Assembly (NCBI GenBank): GCA_002269645.1
Contig: NIVC01004369.1
Coordinates: 1-48,320, forward strand
Direction: 5' to 3'
DNA: 48,320 bases
Source of the DNA: Macrostomum lignano
Lineage: Eukaryota
Part shown: one piece after another, positions 1 through 12,221 of the stretch
Position numbering within the stretch: the first letter of the stretch is position 1
Layout: each line of letters begins with the position of its first letter
Program-made: the position numbers and the translations under genes
The notes under the pieces: model-generated
Seen by the model: the letters and a program-made list of their open reading frames with translations, nothing else
Databases searched by the model: none
What the model was told of the DNA's origin: nothing

Positions 1-602
1 AATGCTGCCTGTGTACAATCGGACCCTGGCTCACTGGCTGACTGTATAGACAATTGCGCAAAGATTTGGTTCTAATTTTCAATAGGCAGCGCTGTGATTT
101 GTTGAACGTTGAAATTCAATGCATAAACTTGCGGGCCTCTTTAGCAGGCAGTGAACGTACAATCGATATTTCAATGCTTTAAATCAGAAAGTTTCAAACG
201 CAAACTGTGTTGCTCGAGTTTTAACTTTGAGAGAAAAATTTATATTGCTGGAAAGAACTTGCAAAGCTGATTTCAGGGATATAAATTGTTTGCTTCAAAT
301 ATGAAAACTAAAAAGCTCTGCATTGCAAAAACTATTTCCATACTTTAAACTTTCTGCAAAGATTGTACTCATTTTGGCGAGAGGTGAGAGATAAAGTTGG
401 GGGTTTCGACTTCCAACTGGCGCTGTGTATAGGAAGGGGGTCAGTTGCTTTGTATTGGAGGGTTGATTTAGATTGCGCAATGTTTTTGTTAACTTTAACT
501 GAGACTGATACTGACTGACTGTGAAATCGGTTGCGCAATGAATTGATTCAATTAGTTCAATAGTTTATCAGTGCCTTTTAACACGAAGCGTGCGTAGTTC
601 TA

Positions 603-624
603 AACCCTAACCCTAACCCTAACC
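603..624. repeat. Short interstitial telomeric-type (CCCTAA)n tract; homologous tracts at ~3319-3352, 6095-6128, 8407-8440, 10743-10756, 12001-12023, 13093-13121
   Basis: 2-5 CCCTAA copies at the same relative position in units 1-7. Confidence 0.9.
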
Positions 625-689
625 AATGAAATCCGGAGAGTTGAGTTGTTTGACGGAAAAAATTGATTGAGTCCAGTTTAGCGGAGACG

Positions 690-1140
690 ATTTCAATGTT
701 TTAATTTTGACAAAGAGGATTTCTGTTTCGTGGAGAGGATTTCGATGGTGCTCAGTTTCACGGAGAGGATTTTGATGATGTTCAGCTTCACGGAGAGGAT
801 TTCTGTTCGGAGTTAAATTTATGATTGATTTCTGCTTTATGGAGACGATTTTGATAGATTTAAGTTTCAAGAGAGGATTTCGAAGGTGTTCAGTTTCACG
901 GAGAGGATTTCGAAGGTGTTCAGTTTCACGGAGAGGATTTCGATGATGTTCAGCTTCACGGAGAGGATTTCTGTTTCGCGGAGATAATTTTATGATTGAT
1001 TTCTGTTTTATGGAGACGATTTTGATGGATTTAAGTTTCAAGGAGAGGATTTCGAAAGGAGTCCAGTTTCACGGAGAGGATTTCGATGGTTTTCAGTTGC
1101 ACGGACAGGATTTCTGCTTCGCGGAGAGGATCTTGATGGA
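690..1140. repeat. ~30-bp minisatellite (GGAGAGGATTTCGATGGTTTTCAGTTTCAC-like) inside Helitron unit; shorter copies in all units 1-7
   Basis: Recurrent ggagaggatttc motif with ~30-bp spacing. Confidence 0.85.
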
Positions 1141-1159
1141 TTTGGCATCTTCAATCAGT

Positions 1160-2260
1160 CAGAGAAGAGAGTAAAGAGAAGAATGAAAAGAGAGAGAGAT
1201 GAGATGATAGAAAACAGAGTAGAAATGAGTGGAGAGATTAGACATGACAGATGGGAGAGAAGAGGAAAGTAAGGCGGGAACGAAGGAGAGAGAGGAGATG
1301 AAGGGAGAGGATATGAGAGAGGAGATATGAGATTGCAGAGAGGAGACAGGATGGAGAAGAAAGGAGGGACAAGAGCGTACAGAGGCAATAGAAGAGAGGA
1401 AAGAGAGGAGAGAGGTGAGAGGTGAGAGGAGAGAGATGAAAGATCAGAGATCAGAGATTTAAGAGAAGAAAGTAGTGAGGAGAAAGAAGAGGGTAAAGAT
1501 GAGAGTGTGCAGAGAGGGAGAGAAACGAGAGGAGACAGGTGGTAGAAAGGAGTGTAAAAACAGCAGATAAGAAAGGGGAGGGTGAGAGTGAGAGCATATA
1601 GGAAAGTGTAAAAGGGGAGCAGAGGAGAGAGAATATATAAGTGAGTAGAGAAGAGATATGAGAGAGGAAAGACGAGGGGAGAGAGGAGACAGGAGAGAGT
1701 AAATTTGAAAGACCTGGGAGAAGAGATAAAAAAGATAGTACAGATGAGAGGAGAGAGAGAGAGGAGAGATGAGAGATGCAATGAGAAAAGAGATGAGTGA
1801 GAAAATAAGAGAGAGAAGAGATTAGAGATTAGAGAAGAGATGAGGGGAGATGAGAGTAGAGAAGAGAGAATGGAGAGGAGGAGAAAAGAGAAGAGAGGAG
1901 ACAGGTGATGCAGTAGAAAGGAGGGAAGAAAGATGGGAGATAAGAAAGGAGAGGTGAGAGCGTATAAGAGATACGAGAAATGAGAGCAGAGAGAAGAGAG
2001 AAAAAAGAAGAGAGAAAGTAGAGCGGAGACGATAGATAAGTGATTAGAGATTAGATATGAGAGAGGAGAGAAAAGGGAGAGATAAGATAGAAGATAGGAG
2101 AGTAGACAGGATAGGGTACAGACGAAAGACGAGGGAGAAGAGATAAATAAGGGAGTAGAGATAAATAAGAGAGTAGGGGTAGAGATGAGATGAGAGAGAG
2201 GAGAGAGAAGCGAGTCACGATAATAGCGAAGAGAGGAGAGAGTAGATATGAGAGACGTAA
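1160..2260. repeat. Purine-rich (A/G) low-complexity tract, unit 1
   Basis: Top strand is almost entirely A/G. This produces the spurious Leu/Ser ORFs on the minus strand. Confidence 0.9.
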
Positions 2261-2423
2261 GAGTCTTTGAGCTATGGTCTTTGAAAGATTTTGTAAAGAA
2301 TTTGGAGACGATTTGGAAGATAGGGTTAAAGACATGGAATTTCAGTTGATGGATAATTCAGGGAATGGAATTCCGGTGATGGGAGTTCTTCCCCTTTCTC
2401 CTCCGAAGGAGGAGTTCCACTCG

Positions 2424-4720
2424 TATATACTAAAGTTGACGTGTTGTTTGTCTGTCTGTCTGTCTGTCATTTCGACAACTCCTCCTTGAATAGTGGCAAC
2501 TCAGCGTTGAAACTTATATGGGAAGATTGGAAATTATCCGAGGTCGGCTATAGGCTATTTTAATTCTGAAATTTTAATTTCTAAGATCCTCAAAAAGCAG
2601 AAAACGGCGGTCTTGACCTTTGATAATCTTAATTGTCCCCTCTTTCTGCTTGGAGCTGAAAATTTGCATGAATTTTCAAGTGATTGCGCCACAACTTTCC
2701 CTATCTCTGCAGTGTATTTTCTCTCCAGTGGGGATGGGGCGTTCTAAATGGCTGCATGTGTACAATCGGACCCTGGCTCACCGGCTGACTTTATAGACAA
2801 TTGCGCAAAGATTTGTGTTCTAATTTTCAATAGGCAGCCCTGTGTTTTGTTGAACTTGAAATTCAATGCATAAACTTGCGGGCCTCTTTAGCAGGCAGTG
2901 AACGTACAATTGATATTTCAATGCATTAAATCAGAAAGTTTCAAACGCAAACTGTTGCTCGAGTTTTTAACTTCGAAGAAAAAATTAATATTGCTAGAAA
3001 GAACTTGCAAAGCTGATTTCAGGGATATAAATTGTTTGCTTTAAATATGAAAAGAAAAAGCACAGCATTGAAAAAAAACTATTTCCATACTTTTAACTTT
3101 CTGCAAAAATTGTACTCAGTTTTGCGAGACGTAATAGATAAAGTTGGGGGGAGAGTTCAACTTCTCACTGCTGCTGTGTATTGGAGGTTGATTTAGATTG
3201 CGCAATGTTTTGTTAACTTTAACTGAGACTGATACTGACTGACTGAGAAATCGGTTGCGCAATCAATTGATTCAATTGGTTCAATTTTTTATTTGAACAC
3301 GCAGCTGTGTGTAGCTTTAACCGTAACCCTAACCCTAACAATAACCCTAACCAATGAATCCTGATATTTATTTTTTGACGGAGAAAATTTCGATTGAGTC
3401 CAGTTTAAAAGAGAGAATTTCGATGGTTTTCAGTTTCACGGAAAGGATTTCGAAGGAGTCCAGTTTCACGGAGAGGATTTCGATGGTTTTCAGTTGCACG
3501 GACAGGATTTCTGCTTCGCGGAGAGGATCTTGATGGATTTGGCATCTTCAATCAGTCAGAGAAAAGAGTAAAGAGAAGAATGAAAGCAGAAGAGAGATGA
3601 GATGATAGAAAACAGAGTAGAAATAAGTGGAGATATTAGACATGACAGATTGGAGAGAAGAGGGATTTAGGCGGGAACGAAGAGGGAGAGAGAAGAAAAG
3701 AGGAGAGAGGAGAGAAAATAGATTAGGATAAGAGCGTACAGAGAAAATAGAAGAGAGGGGAGAGTAGAGGAGAAAGAAAGAGTGAGATGAGAGGATGAGG
3801 GATGAGAGAGGAGAGGAGACAGGAGAGACAAGAAAGGAGAAAAGAGGGGAGAAAGGAGAAAGGAGAGAGTAGAGACGAAGGACCAGTTAGAAGATATAAA
3901 TACGGTAGTAGAGATGAGAGGAGAGATAGGAGAGAGAAGCGAGAGAAGAAGCGAGAGGAGAAAGAGAAAGAGGAGAGAGGAGAGAGATGAAATAGATAAG
4001 AGAGTTAAGAGAGGAAAGTAGTGAGGAGAGGAGAGATGAGAGATGCGATGATAAGAGATGAGTGAGAACATAAGAGAGAAGAGAGAAGAGATTAGAGAAG
4101 AGAGGGGAGAAGATAAAAGGAGCAGGGGAGGAGAAAAGAGAGAATGGAGAGGATAGAAAAAGAGAAGAGAAGAGACAGGGAAAAGTGGAAAGGAGGAAAG
4201 AAAGATTGGAGACAAGTAAGTGGAGTGTGAGAGCGTATATGAGATATGAGAAATGAGAGCAGAGAGGAAAGAAAAGAGAAGAGAGAGAGGGTTAAGAGAG
4301 ACGATAGATAAGTGAATAGGATGACATATAAAAGAGGAGAGAAGAGGGAGAGATAAGAGAGAAGAGAGAAGACAGGAGACAGAAGTGAAGAGGAGAGATA
4401 TGAGAGAAGAGAGGAGACAAGAGACAGGAGAGGGTACAGACGAAAGACGAGGGAGAAAACATAAATAAGGAGTACGGGTAGAGATGAGATGAGAGAGAGG
4501 AGAGAGAAGAGAGTCACGATAATAGCACAGAGTGGAGAGAGTAGATATGAGAGACGTGAGAGTCTTTGAGCTATGGTCTTTGAAAGGTTTTGTAAAGAAT
4601 TTGGAGACGATTTGGAAGATAGGGTTCAAGACATGGAATTTCAGTTGATGGATAATTCAGGAATGGAATTCCGGTGATGGAGTTCTTCCCCTTTCTCCTC
4701 CGAAGGAGGAGTTCCACTCG
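2424..4720 (+). mobile_element. Non-autonomous Helitron-like unit 2
   Basis: Starts TATATACTAAAG followed by (GTCT)n, as in Lep1-type Helitron 5' ends. Ends with the CTCCTCC-GAA-GGAGGAG hairpin + CTCG. Junction position is ambiguous by about 3 nt. Confidence 0.75.
3558..4560. repeat. Purine-rich tract, unit 2
   Basis: As above. Near-identical to 8646-9655. Confidence 0.9.
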
Positions 4721-7498
4721 TATATACTAAAGTTGACGCGTTGTTTGTCTGTCTGTCTGTGTGTCTGTCTGTCATTTCGACAACTCCTCCTTGAATAGTG
4801 GCAACTCAGCGTTGAAACTTATATGGGAAGATTGGAAATTATCCGAGGTCGGCTATAGGCTATTTTAATTCTGAAATTTTAATTTCTAAGATCCTCAAAA
4901 AAGCAGAAAACGGCGGTCTTGACCTTTGATAATCTTAATTGTCCCCTCTTTCTGCTTGAGCTGAAAATTTGCATGAATTTTAGTGATTGCGCCACAACTT
5001 TCCCTATCTCTGTAGTGTATTTTCTTTCCAGTGGGGGTGGGAGCGTTTCTCAGTGGCTGCGTGTGTACACTTGGACCCTGGCTTACTGCTGACTGTATAG
5101 ATAATTGCGCAATGATATGGCTACTGATAAGTTTTCCTGCCTCTCAATGGCAGCCCTGTGTATTTGTTGGACATTGAAATTCAATGCATCAACTTGCAAG
5201 CAGGCAGTGAACGTACACTCCATACTTCAAATGCTATAAATCAGACAGTTTCAAACGCTAACTGTTCCTCGAGTTTTAAACTTGAGAGGAGAAACTTATA
5301 TTGCTGGAAAGATCTTGCAACGCTGAGTTCGGGGATGTAAGTTGTTTGCTTTAAATATGAAAAGAAAAAGCACAGCATTTGAAAAACTATTTCCATACTT
5401 TTAACTTTCTGCAAAGATTGTACTTTAATCTGCAAAGATTGTTGGGGGGAGGGTTCAACTTCTCACTGCTGCTGTGTATTGGAGGGTTGATTTAGATTGC
5501 GCAATGTTTTTGTTAACTTTAACTGAGACTGATAATGACTGACTGTGAAATCGGTTGCGCCATCAATTTGTTTCATTATCTGTGCCTTTTAATAGGCTGC
5601 CCTGTGTAATAGCCGGCCTGTGTAATGAATGAACAAACTTGCGAGCCTCTTTGGCAGGCAGTGAACGTACACTCGATATTGCTTTAAAACGGAAACTTTC
5701 AAACGCTAACTGCTCTTCGAGTTCTAAACTTTAAGAGAAGAGACTTATACTGCTGAAAAGATCTTGCAACGCTGAGTTCGAGGATATAAATTGTTCGCCT
5801 TAAATATAAAGACTAAAAGCACAGCATCAAAAAAACTATTTCCATACTTTTAGCTTTCTGCAAAGATTGTACTCACTTTTTAGTTCAATGCCCCCAACAC
5901 CCGGGTTCAATTTCTAACTGCCACTCCGTATTGAAAAGGGGTCGGTCTCTGTGTACTGGAGGGTTGATTTAAATTGCGCAATCTTTTTTTAACTTTAACT
6001 GAGACTGATACTGACTGACTGAGAAATCGGTTGCGCAATCAATTGATTCAATTGGTTCAATTTTTTATTTGGACACGCAGCTGTGTGTAGCTCAAACCCT
6101 AACCCTAACCCTAACAATAACCCTAACCAATGAATCCTGATATTTTATTCTTTTTGACGGAGAAAATTTCGATTGAGTCCAGTTTTAAAGAGAGAATTTC
6201 GATTGAGTCCAGTTTTAAAGAGAGAATTTCGATGGTTTTCAGTTTCACGGAGAGGATTTCTGTTTCGCGGAGAGGATTTCGATGGTATTCAGTTTCACGA
6301 AGAGGATTTCGATGGTTTTCAGTTGCACAGACAAGATTTCTGCTTCGCGGAGAGGATCTTGATGGATTTGGCATCTTCAATCAGTCAGAGAAGAGAGTAA
6401 AGAGAAGAATGAAAAGAGAAGAGAGATGAGATGATAGAAAACAGAGTAGAAATGAGTGGAGAGATTAGACATGACAGATGGGAGAGAAGAGGGAGTAAGG
6501 CGGGCACGAAGGAGAGAAGAGAAGAGAGGAGATGAGAGGGGAGATATGAGATAGCAAAGGAGACAAGAGAGATGATAGGAGAGAGAATAGATGAGGGATA
6601 AGAGCTTACAGAGGAAATAAAAGAGAGGAAAGAGAGGAGAGAGGTGAGAAGTGAGAGGAGAGAGATGAAAGATCAAAGATCAGAGATTTAAGAGAAGAAA
6701 GTAGTGAGGAGAAAGAAGAGAGTAAAGATGTGAGTGCAGAGAGGAGAGAAACGAGAGGAGACAGGTGGTAGAACGGAGTGTAAAAAACAGGAGATAAGAA
6801 AGGAGAGGATGGGAGTGAGAGCATATAGGAAAGTGTAAAAGGGGAGCAGAGGAGAGAGAATAGATAAGTGAGTAGAGAAGAGATATCAGAGAGGAGAGAT
6901 TCGAGATTAGAGAAGAGATGAGGGGAGATGAGAGGAGAGAAGAGAGAATGGAGAGGAGAGAAAAGAGAGGAGAGAGACAAGAGAGAAGAGAAAAAAGGGA
7001 AGAGAGAAAGTAGAGCGGATACAATAGATAAGTGAGTAGAGATGAGATATGAGAGAGGAGAGAAAAGGGGAGAGATAAGAGAGAAGATAGGAGAGTAGAC
7101 AGGAGAGGGTACAGACGAAAGACGAGGGAGAAGAGAAAAATAAGGGAGTAGAGATGAGATATGAGAGAGAAGAGATAAGCGAGAAGATCAGGAATAGAGG
7201 AGAGAGAGAAGCGAGATAAGGGAGAGAGGAGGGAGAAGAGAGATGAAAGATCAGAGATGAGAGAGATGAAAGTGTAGAGAGGAGTAATTAGTGAGGAGAA
7301 AGAAGAGAGTAAAAATAAAAATCAGAGCGCAGGGCGCAAGAGATTAGAGATGGGAGTTGATAGATTGTAGAGGATTTGGAGATGATTTGGAAGATGGGAT
7401 TCAATTCATGGAATTTCAGCTGATAGGAGTTCTTCCCCTTCAGAATTCCGGTGATGGGAGTTCTTCCCCTTTCTCCTCCAGAGGAGGAGTTCCACTCG
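4721..7498 (+). mobile_element. Non-autonomous Helitron-like unit 3 (internal ~450-bp duplication 5145-5590/5591-6050)
   Basis: Same 5' motif. 3' hairpin CTCCTCC-AGA-GGAGGAG + CTCG (7495-7498). Confidence 0.75.
6383..7350. repeat. Purine-rich tract, unit 3
   Basis: As above. Its start is most similar to the unit 1 tract. Confidence 0.9.
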
Positions 7499-9816
7499 TA
7501 TATACTAAAGTTGACGCGTTGTTTGTCTGTCTGTCTGTGTGTCTGTCTGTCATTTCGACAACTCCTCCTTGAATAGTGGCAACTCAGCGTTGAAACTTAT
7601 ATGGGAAGATAGGAAATTATCCGAGGTCGGCTATAGGCTATTTTAATTCTGAAATTTTAATTTCTAAGATCCTCAAAAAAGCAGAAAACGGCGGTCTTGA
7701 CCTTTGATAATCTTAATTGTCCCCTCTTTCTGCTTGGAGCTGAAAATTTGCATGAATTTCAAGTGATTGCGCCACAACTTTTCCCTATCTCTGCAGTGTA
7801 TTTTCTCTCCAGTGGGGGGATGGGGCGTTCTAAATGGCTGCCTGTGTACAATCGGACCCTGGCTCACTGGCTGACTGTATAGACAATTGCGCAAAGATTT
7901 GTGTTCTAATTTTCAATAGGCAGCCCTGTGATTTTGTTGAACCTTGAAATTCAATGCATAAACTTGCGGGCCTCTTTAGCAGGCAGTGAACGTACAATTG
8001 ATATTTCAATGCTTTAAATCAGAAAGTTTCAAACGCAAACTGTTGCTCGAGTTTTTAACTTTGAGAGAAAAAATTAATATTGCTGGAAAGAACTTGCAAA
8101 GCTGATTTCAGGGATATAAATTGTTTGCTTTAAATATGAAAATAAAAAGCACAGCATTGAAAAAACTATTTCCATACTTTTAACTTTCTGCAAAAATTGT
8201 ACTCAGTTTTGCGAGACGTAATAGATAAAGTTGGGGGAGAGTTCAACTTCTCACTGCTGCTGTGTATTGGAGGGTTGATTTAGATTGCGCAATGTTTTTC
8301 TTAACTTTAACTGAGACTGATACTGACTGACTGAGAAATCGGTTGCGCAATCAATTGATTCAATTGGTTCAATTTTTTATTTGAACACGCAGCTGTGTGT
8401 AGCTTTAACCCTAACCCTAACCCTAACAATAACCCTAACCAATGAATCCTGATATTTATTTTTTTGACGGAGAAAATTTCGATTGAGTCCAGTTTAAAAG
8501 AGAGAATTTCGATGGTTTTCAGTTTCACGGAAAGGATTTCAAAGGAGTCCAGTTTCACGGAGAGGATTTCGATGGTTTTCAGTTGCACGGACAGGATTTC
8601 TGCTTCGCGGAGAGGATCTTGATGGATTTTGCATCTTCAATCAGTCAGAGAAAAGAGTAAAGAGAAGAATGAAAGCAGAAGAGAGATGAGATGATAGAAA
8701 ACAGAGTAGAAATAAGTGGAGATATTAGACATGACAGATTGGAGAGAAGAGGGGATTTAGGCGGGAACGAAGAGGGAGAGAGAAGAAAAGAGGAGAGAGG
8801 AGAGAAAATAGATTAGGGATAAGAGCGTACAGAGAAAATAGAAGAGAGGGGAGAGTAGAGGAGAAAGAAAGAGTGAGATGAGGGGATGAGGGATGAGAGA
8901 GGAGGGGAGACATGAGAGACAAGAAAGGAGAAAAGAGGGGAGAAAGGAGAAAGGAGAGAGTAGAGACGAAGGACCAGTTAGAAGATATAAATACGGTAGT
9001 AGAGATGAGAGGAGAGATAGGAGAGAGAAGCGAGAGAAGAAGCGAGAGGAGAAGAGAAAGAGGAGAGAGGAGAGAGATGAAATAGATAAGAGAGTTAAGA
9101 GAGGAAAGTAGTGAGGAGAGGAGAGATGAGAGATGCGATGATAAGAGATGAGTGAGAACATAAGAGAGAAGAGAGAAGAGATTAGAGAAGAGAGGGGAGA
9201 AGATAAAAGGAGAAAGGGGAGGAGAAAAGAGAGAATGGAGAGGATAGAAAAGAGAGAAGAGAAGAGACAGGGAAAAGTGGAAAGGATGAAAGAAAGATTG
9301 AAGACAAGTAAGTGGAGTGTGAGAGCGTATATGAGATATGAGAAATGAGAGCAGAGAGGAAAGAAAAGAGAAGAGAGAGAGGGTTAAGAGAGACGATAGA
9401 TAAGTGAATAGGGATGACATATAAAAGAGGAGAGAAGAGGGAGAGATAAGAGAGAAGAGAGAAGACAGGAGACAGAAGTGAAGAGGAGAGATATGAGAGA
9501 AGAGAGGAGACAAGAGACAGGAGAGGGTACAGACGAAAGACGAGGGAGAAAACATAAATAAGGGAGTACGGGTAGAGATGAGATGAGAGAGAGGAGAGAG
9601 AAGAGAGTCACGATAATAGCACAGAGTGGAGAGAGTAGATATGAGAGACGTGAGAGTCTTTGAGCTATGGTCTTTGAAAGGTTTTCTAAAGAATTTGGAG
9701 ACGATTTGGAAGATAGGGTTCAAGACATGGAATTTCAGTTGATGGATATTTCAGGGAATGGAATTCCGGTGATGGGAGTTCTTCCCCTTTCTCCTCCGAA
9801 GGAGGAGTTCCACTCG
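7499..9816 (+). mobile_element. Non-autonomous Helitron-like unit 4 (near-identical to unit 2)
   Basis: Same termini. 3' CTCG at 9813-9816 is followed directly by TCCTAATACTAAAG. Confidence 0.75.
8646..9655. repeat. Purine-rich tract, unit 4
   Basis: As above. Confidence 0.9.
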
Positions 9817-11017
9817 TCCTAATACTAAAGTTGGTGCGATGATTGTTTGTTTGTTTGTCTGTTTGTTTGTGTGTTGCATAACTCCTCCTAGAATACTTGC
9901 AAGTCAGCGTTGAAACTTATATGGGTAAACTGCAAATTTTCCGGGGACTGCAGTGGGCTATTTCAATTTTTTATTTTCACATTTTAAGATCCCTAAAAAA
10001 GCAGAAAACTGCAATCTTGACCTTTGATAATCTTATTTGTCCCCTCTTTCTGCTCGGAGCTGATAAAATGCATCAATTTTGATTGCTTGCGCCATAACTT
10101 TCTCCTATCTCGCCAGTGCATTTCTCTCCAGTTGGGGGATGGGGCGTTCTAAGTGGCTGCGTGTGTACAATTGGACCCTAGCTCACTGGCGCACTGTATA
10201 GATGATTGCGCAATGATTTGGCTACTGTTAAGTTGTTCTGCCTTTCAATATGAAGCCTGTGTATTGTAGGACAGTTAAATTCATTGCATAACTTGCGAGT
10301 CGCTTTAACAGGCGGTGAGCGTACACTCGATATTTCAATGCTTTAAATCGGAAAGTTGTAAACGCTAACTGCTCCTCGAGTTCTAAACTTTAAGAGAAAA
10401 AACTTATATTGCCGGAAAGAGCTTGCAACACTGAGTTTGGAGGTATAAGTTGTTTGCTTTAAATATGAAAACAAAAAGGACAGCATTCAAAAACTATTTC
10501 CGAACTTTTAACTTTCTGCAAAGATTACACTTAGTTTCGCGAGACGTAATAGATAAAGTTATGGGAAGGGTTCAACTTCTTACTGCCACTGTGTATTGGA
10601 GGGTTGATTTAGATTGCGCAATCATTTTGTTAACTTTACCTGAGCCTGATACTGACTAAATGAGAAATCGGTTGCGCAATAAATTGATTCAATTAATTCA
10701 ATATTCTTTTCGGCGCCTTCAACCCGCAGCTCTGTGCAGCTCTAACCCTAACCCTAGACCACTGATGGCACTGAACCCTGAGAGTTGAGTTCTTTTTGAC
10801 GGAGAAAATTTCGATTGAGTCCAGTTTTACGGAGAGGATTTCGATGGTTTTCAGTTTCACGGAGAGGATTTCTGTTTCGCGGAGAGGAGTTTGATGGATT
10901 TGAAGATGTTTTGATGATGGGATTCGGGTCATGGGATTCAGCTAAGGGGTTTCAGGGAATGGAATTCCGGTGATGGGAGTTCTTCCCCTTTCTCCTCCAT
11001 CGGAGGAGTTGGCCTCG
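9817..11017 (+). mobile_element. Non-autonomous Helitron-like unit 5 (short form, no purine tract)
   Basis: Canonical 5' TC (TCCTAATACTAAAG) + (GTTT)n. 3' hairpin CTCCTCC-ATC-GGAGGAG + CTCG. Confidence 0.75.
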
Positions 11018-12221
11018 TTAATACTAAAGTTGGTGCGATGTTTGTCTGTCTGTATGTTGCAATTTTTCTCCTAGACTACTTGCAACTCAGCGTTGAAACT
11101 TATATGGGTAAACTGCAAATTTTCCGGGTTGGGTTTATAGCTATTTTAATCTTTCATTTTTATATTTTAAGATCCCTAAAAAAGCAGAAATAATAAAACA
11201 ATAGGGAATATGATCCACCTTGCGCAACTCTTAGTGATTGCGCCACAACAGCTGGCCTATCTGTGTAGTGTATTCTTTTAGCTGAAGGGGTGTAACTGGG
11301 CCAGTTGGCATCAATTTTTAGTGATTACGCCACAACTTTCTCCTATCTCGGCAGTGTATTTTCTCTCCAATGGGGGAATGGGGGCATTCTCAGTGGCTGC
11401 GTGTGTACAATCGGACCCTAGCTCACTGGCTGATTGTATAGACAATTGCGCAACGATATGTTTTCTGATTTTCAATAGGCAGCCCTGTGTATTTGTTGGA
11501 CAGTAAAATTCAATGAATAAACTTGCGAGCCTCCCACTGCTGCAGGCAGTGAACGTACACTCAATAGTTCAATTCCTTAAAACGGGAAATTTCAAAGCCA
11601 AACTGTTCCTTGAGTTTTAAACTTTAAGAGAAGAGACTTATATTGCTGGAAAGAGGTTGCAATGCTGAGTTAGGGGATATAAGTTTTTTGCTCTAAATGT
11701 GAAAATTAAAAGCACAGCATTCAAAAAGTGATTTCCATACTTTTAACTTTTTGCAAAGATTGTACTCCATTTCGGGGGTTCAATGAGGGTTTGACAGACT
11801 CCCAACAGTGGGGGTTCAATTTCTAGCTGCACTGCGTATTCGAAGGGGTTCAGTCGCTGTGTATTGGAGGGTTGATTTAGATTGCGCAATTTTTTTGTTA
11901 ACTTTAACCGAGGCTGATACTGACTGCCTGAGAAATAAGTTGCGCAATTTAATTGGTTCAGTGTTTTAACGGCGCCTTTCAACATGCAGCTGTGTAGCTC
12001 TAACCCTAACCCTAACCATAACCAATGAATTCTGAGAGCTGGGTTCTGTTTGACAGAGAAATTTCGATTGAGTCCAGTTACACGGAGAGGATTTTCGCGG
12101 AGAGGATTTTGATGGTGTTCAGTTTCACGGAGACAATTTCTGTTTCGCGGAGAGTTCAGGAAATGGGATTCCGGTGATGAGAGTTCTTCCCCTTTCTCCT
12201 CCAGCGGAGGAGTTGGCCTCG
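11018..12221 (+). mobile_element. Non-autonomous Helitron-like unit 6 (short form)
   Basis: 5' TTAATACTAAAG. 3' hairpin CTCCTCC-AGC-GGAGGAG + CTCG. Confidence 0.75.

Larger units (their letters stand above)
1..2423 (+). mobile_element. Non-autonomous Helitron-like unit 1 of tandem array (5' end outside window)
   Basis: Ends in hairpin CTCCTCC-GAA-GGAGGAG (2398-2414) then TTCCA-CTCG (2420-2423). Internally homologous to units 2-7. The window starts about 325 bp into the unit consensus. Confidence 0.7.

Noticed and set aside
60-540. Conserved core of the Helitron units as a captured gene fragment
   Set aside because: Short ORFs differ in frame and strand between copies and match no protein I recognise. 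A tBLASTx of the consensus would be needed.
1155-9723. Long Leu/Ser-rich minus-strand ORFs (up to 332 aa) and Arg/Glu-rich plus-strand ORFs
   Set aside because: They are translations of the purine-only tracts, with no domain content.
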